Positions 63,200-64,000 of a stretch of DNA of 64,000 nucleotides are shown here, one piece after another. Both the position numbers and the translations under genes were made by a program. Source of the stretch: Eledone cirrhosa. Taxonomy: Eukaryota. The DNA lies in assembly GCA_964016885.1 (NCBI GenBank), contig OZ024744.1, positions 94,550,001-94,614,000 on the forward strand, read 5' to 3'. The stretch's first letter is position 1; the number at the start of each line of letters is the position of its first letter. The notes beneath the pieces were generated by a model. That model was not told the DNA's origin. It made no database searches and saw only the letters and a program-made list of their open reading frames with translations.

Positions 63200-63745
63200 A
63201 AGAGGTTGTGATGGCGACACAACGAAAAGCGCCCAGCTTACACTGTAAAGTGGTTGTGTAGTTGACATAACAAAAAGCACCAGTCCACACTGTAAAGTGG
63301 TTATGTAGGTGATATGACAAACATCATCTACTGCACACTGTAAAGTGGTTGTGTAGTTGACATAACAAAAAGCACCCAGTCTATGCTGTAATGTGGTTGT
63401 GTAGGTGTCAGGATAAAAAGCACCCAGTCCACACTGTAAAGTGGTTATGTAGGTGATATGATAAACATCTACTGCACACTGTAAAGTGGTTGTGTAGTTG
63501 ACATGACAAAAAGCACCCAGTCTATGCTGTAATGTGGTTGTGTAGGTGTCAGGATAAAAAGCACCCAGTACTCAGTGTAAATGAGGTTGGTGTTAGAAAG
63601 GGCATCCAGCTGTAGAAACCAAGCTAAAATCAGTTCTGTATGAGCAAGACACGATCATCTGATCTGACTTGTCTCACAACAGGGCAACTCGTCTAACCCA
63701 TTCTAGTATGGTAAAATGGACGTTAAATGGTGGTAATGATGATCA
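63200..63745 (+). repeat. RTE 3'UTR-type element with tandem ~43-bp CACTGTAAAGTGGTT units
   Basis: Repeated AAAAGCACCCAGTC..ACTGTAAAGTGGTTGTGTAG, then GGCATCCAGCTGTAGAAACC and the GGACGTTAAA tail. Confidence 0.7.
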
Positions 63746-63990
63746 TATATATAAGATGGCAACATGAATGGACCTGCTATTTTTCTCTGAGCATATTTTT
63801 TCCAATTCCACCCCGCCCATTCCTTCAATCTTTCTAATTTCTCATTCTTTCTTCTGATGAAGGACTAGCGTCCGAAACGTTGAGATTATTTTCCTGTTAT
63901 TTTCCTGCTATTTCAAGCATTAACCTAATATATTCCTTCCATATACTGTACCGATTGTATTGTTATTTCTGTTTATCTTTTACATACATA
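63735..63990 (+). mobile_element. Penelope-pLTR-like short element with canonical minimal hammerhead motif (63850-63885)
   Basis: TCTT-CTGATGA-A-GGAC-TAGC-GTCC-GAA-ACGT-T-GAGA; body matches 57018-57240. Confidence 0.78.
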
Positions 63991-64000
63991 TATCATCATC

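Overview
AT-rich, repeat-saturated animal genomic DNA; the RTE/SINE/microsatellite landscape suggests a coleoid cephalopod such as Octopus (inference). The only host gene I can support is the 5' part of a DCN1-like neddylation E3 gene (DCUN1D5/DCUN1D4-like, + strand). It has three short coding exons (24795-24883, 36683-36771, 39857-39933) in huge introns, and the rest of the gene is not recognisable in the window. Mobile DNA includes many RTE-clade LINE copies (one nearly full length), a CR1/L2 fragment, two tRNA-derived SINE families, three head-to-tail Helitrons, mariner and TTAA-flanked MITE-like elements, and a young Penelope-like element (RT + GIY-YIG) forming a ~4.6 kb palindrome. The most unusual signal is a set of minimal hammerhead-ribozyme (HHR) motifs with one shared architecture. 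They lie in the Penelope arms and in several short non-coding elements that sit in (TA)n tracts and often form fold-back inversions. A 103-bp satellite at the left edge appears to derive from RTE endonuclease coding sequence. All coordinates and alignments were read by eye.
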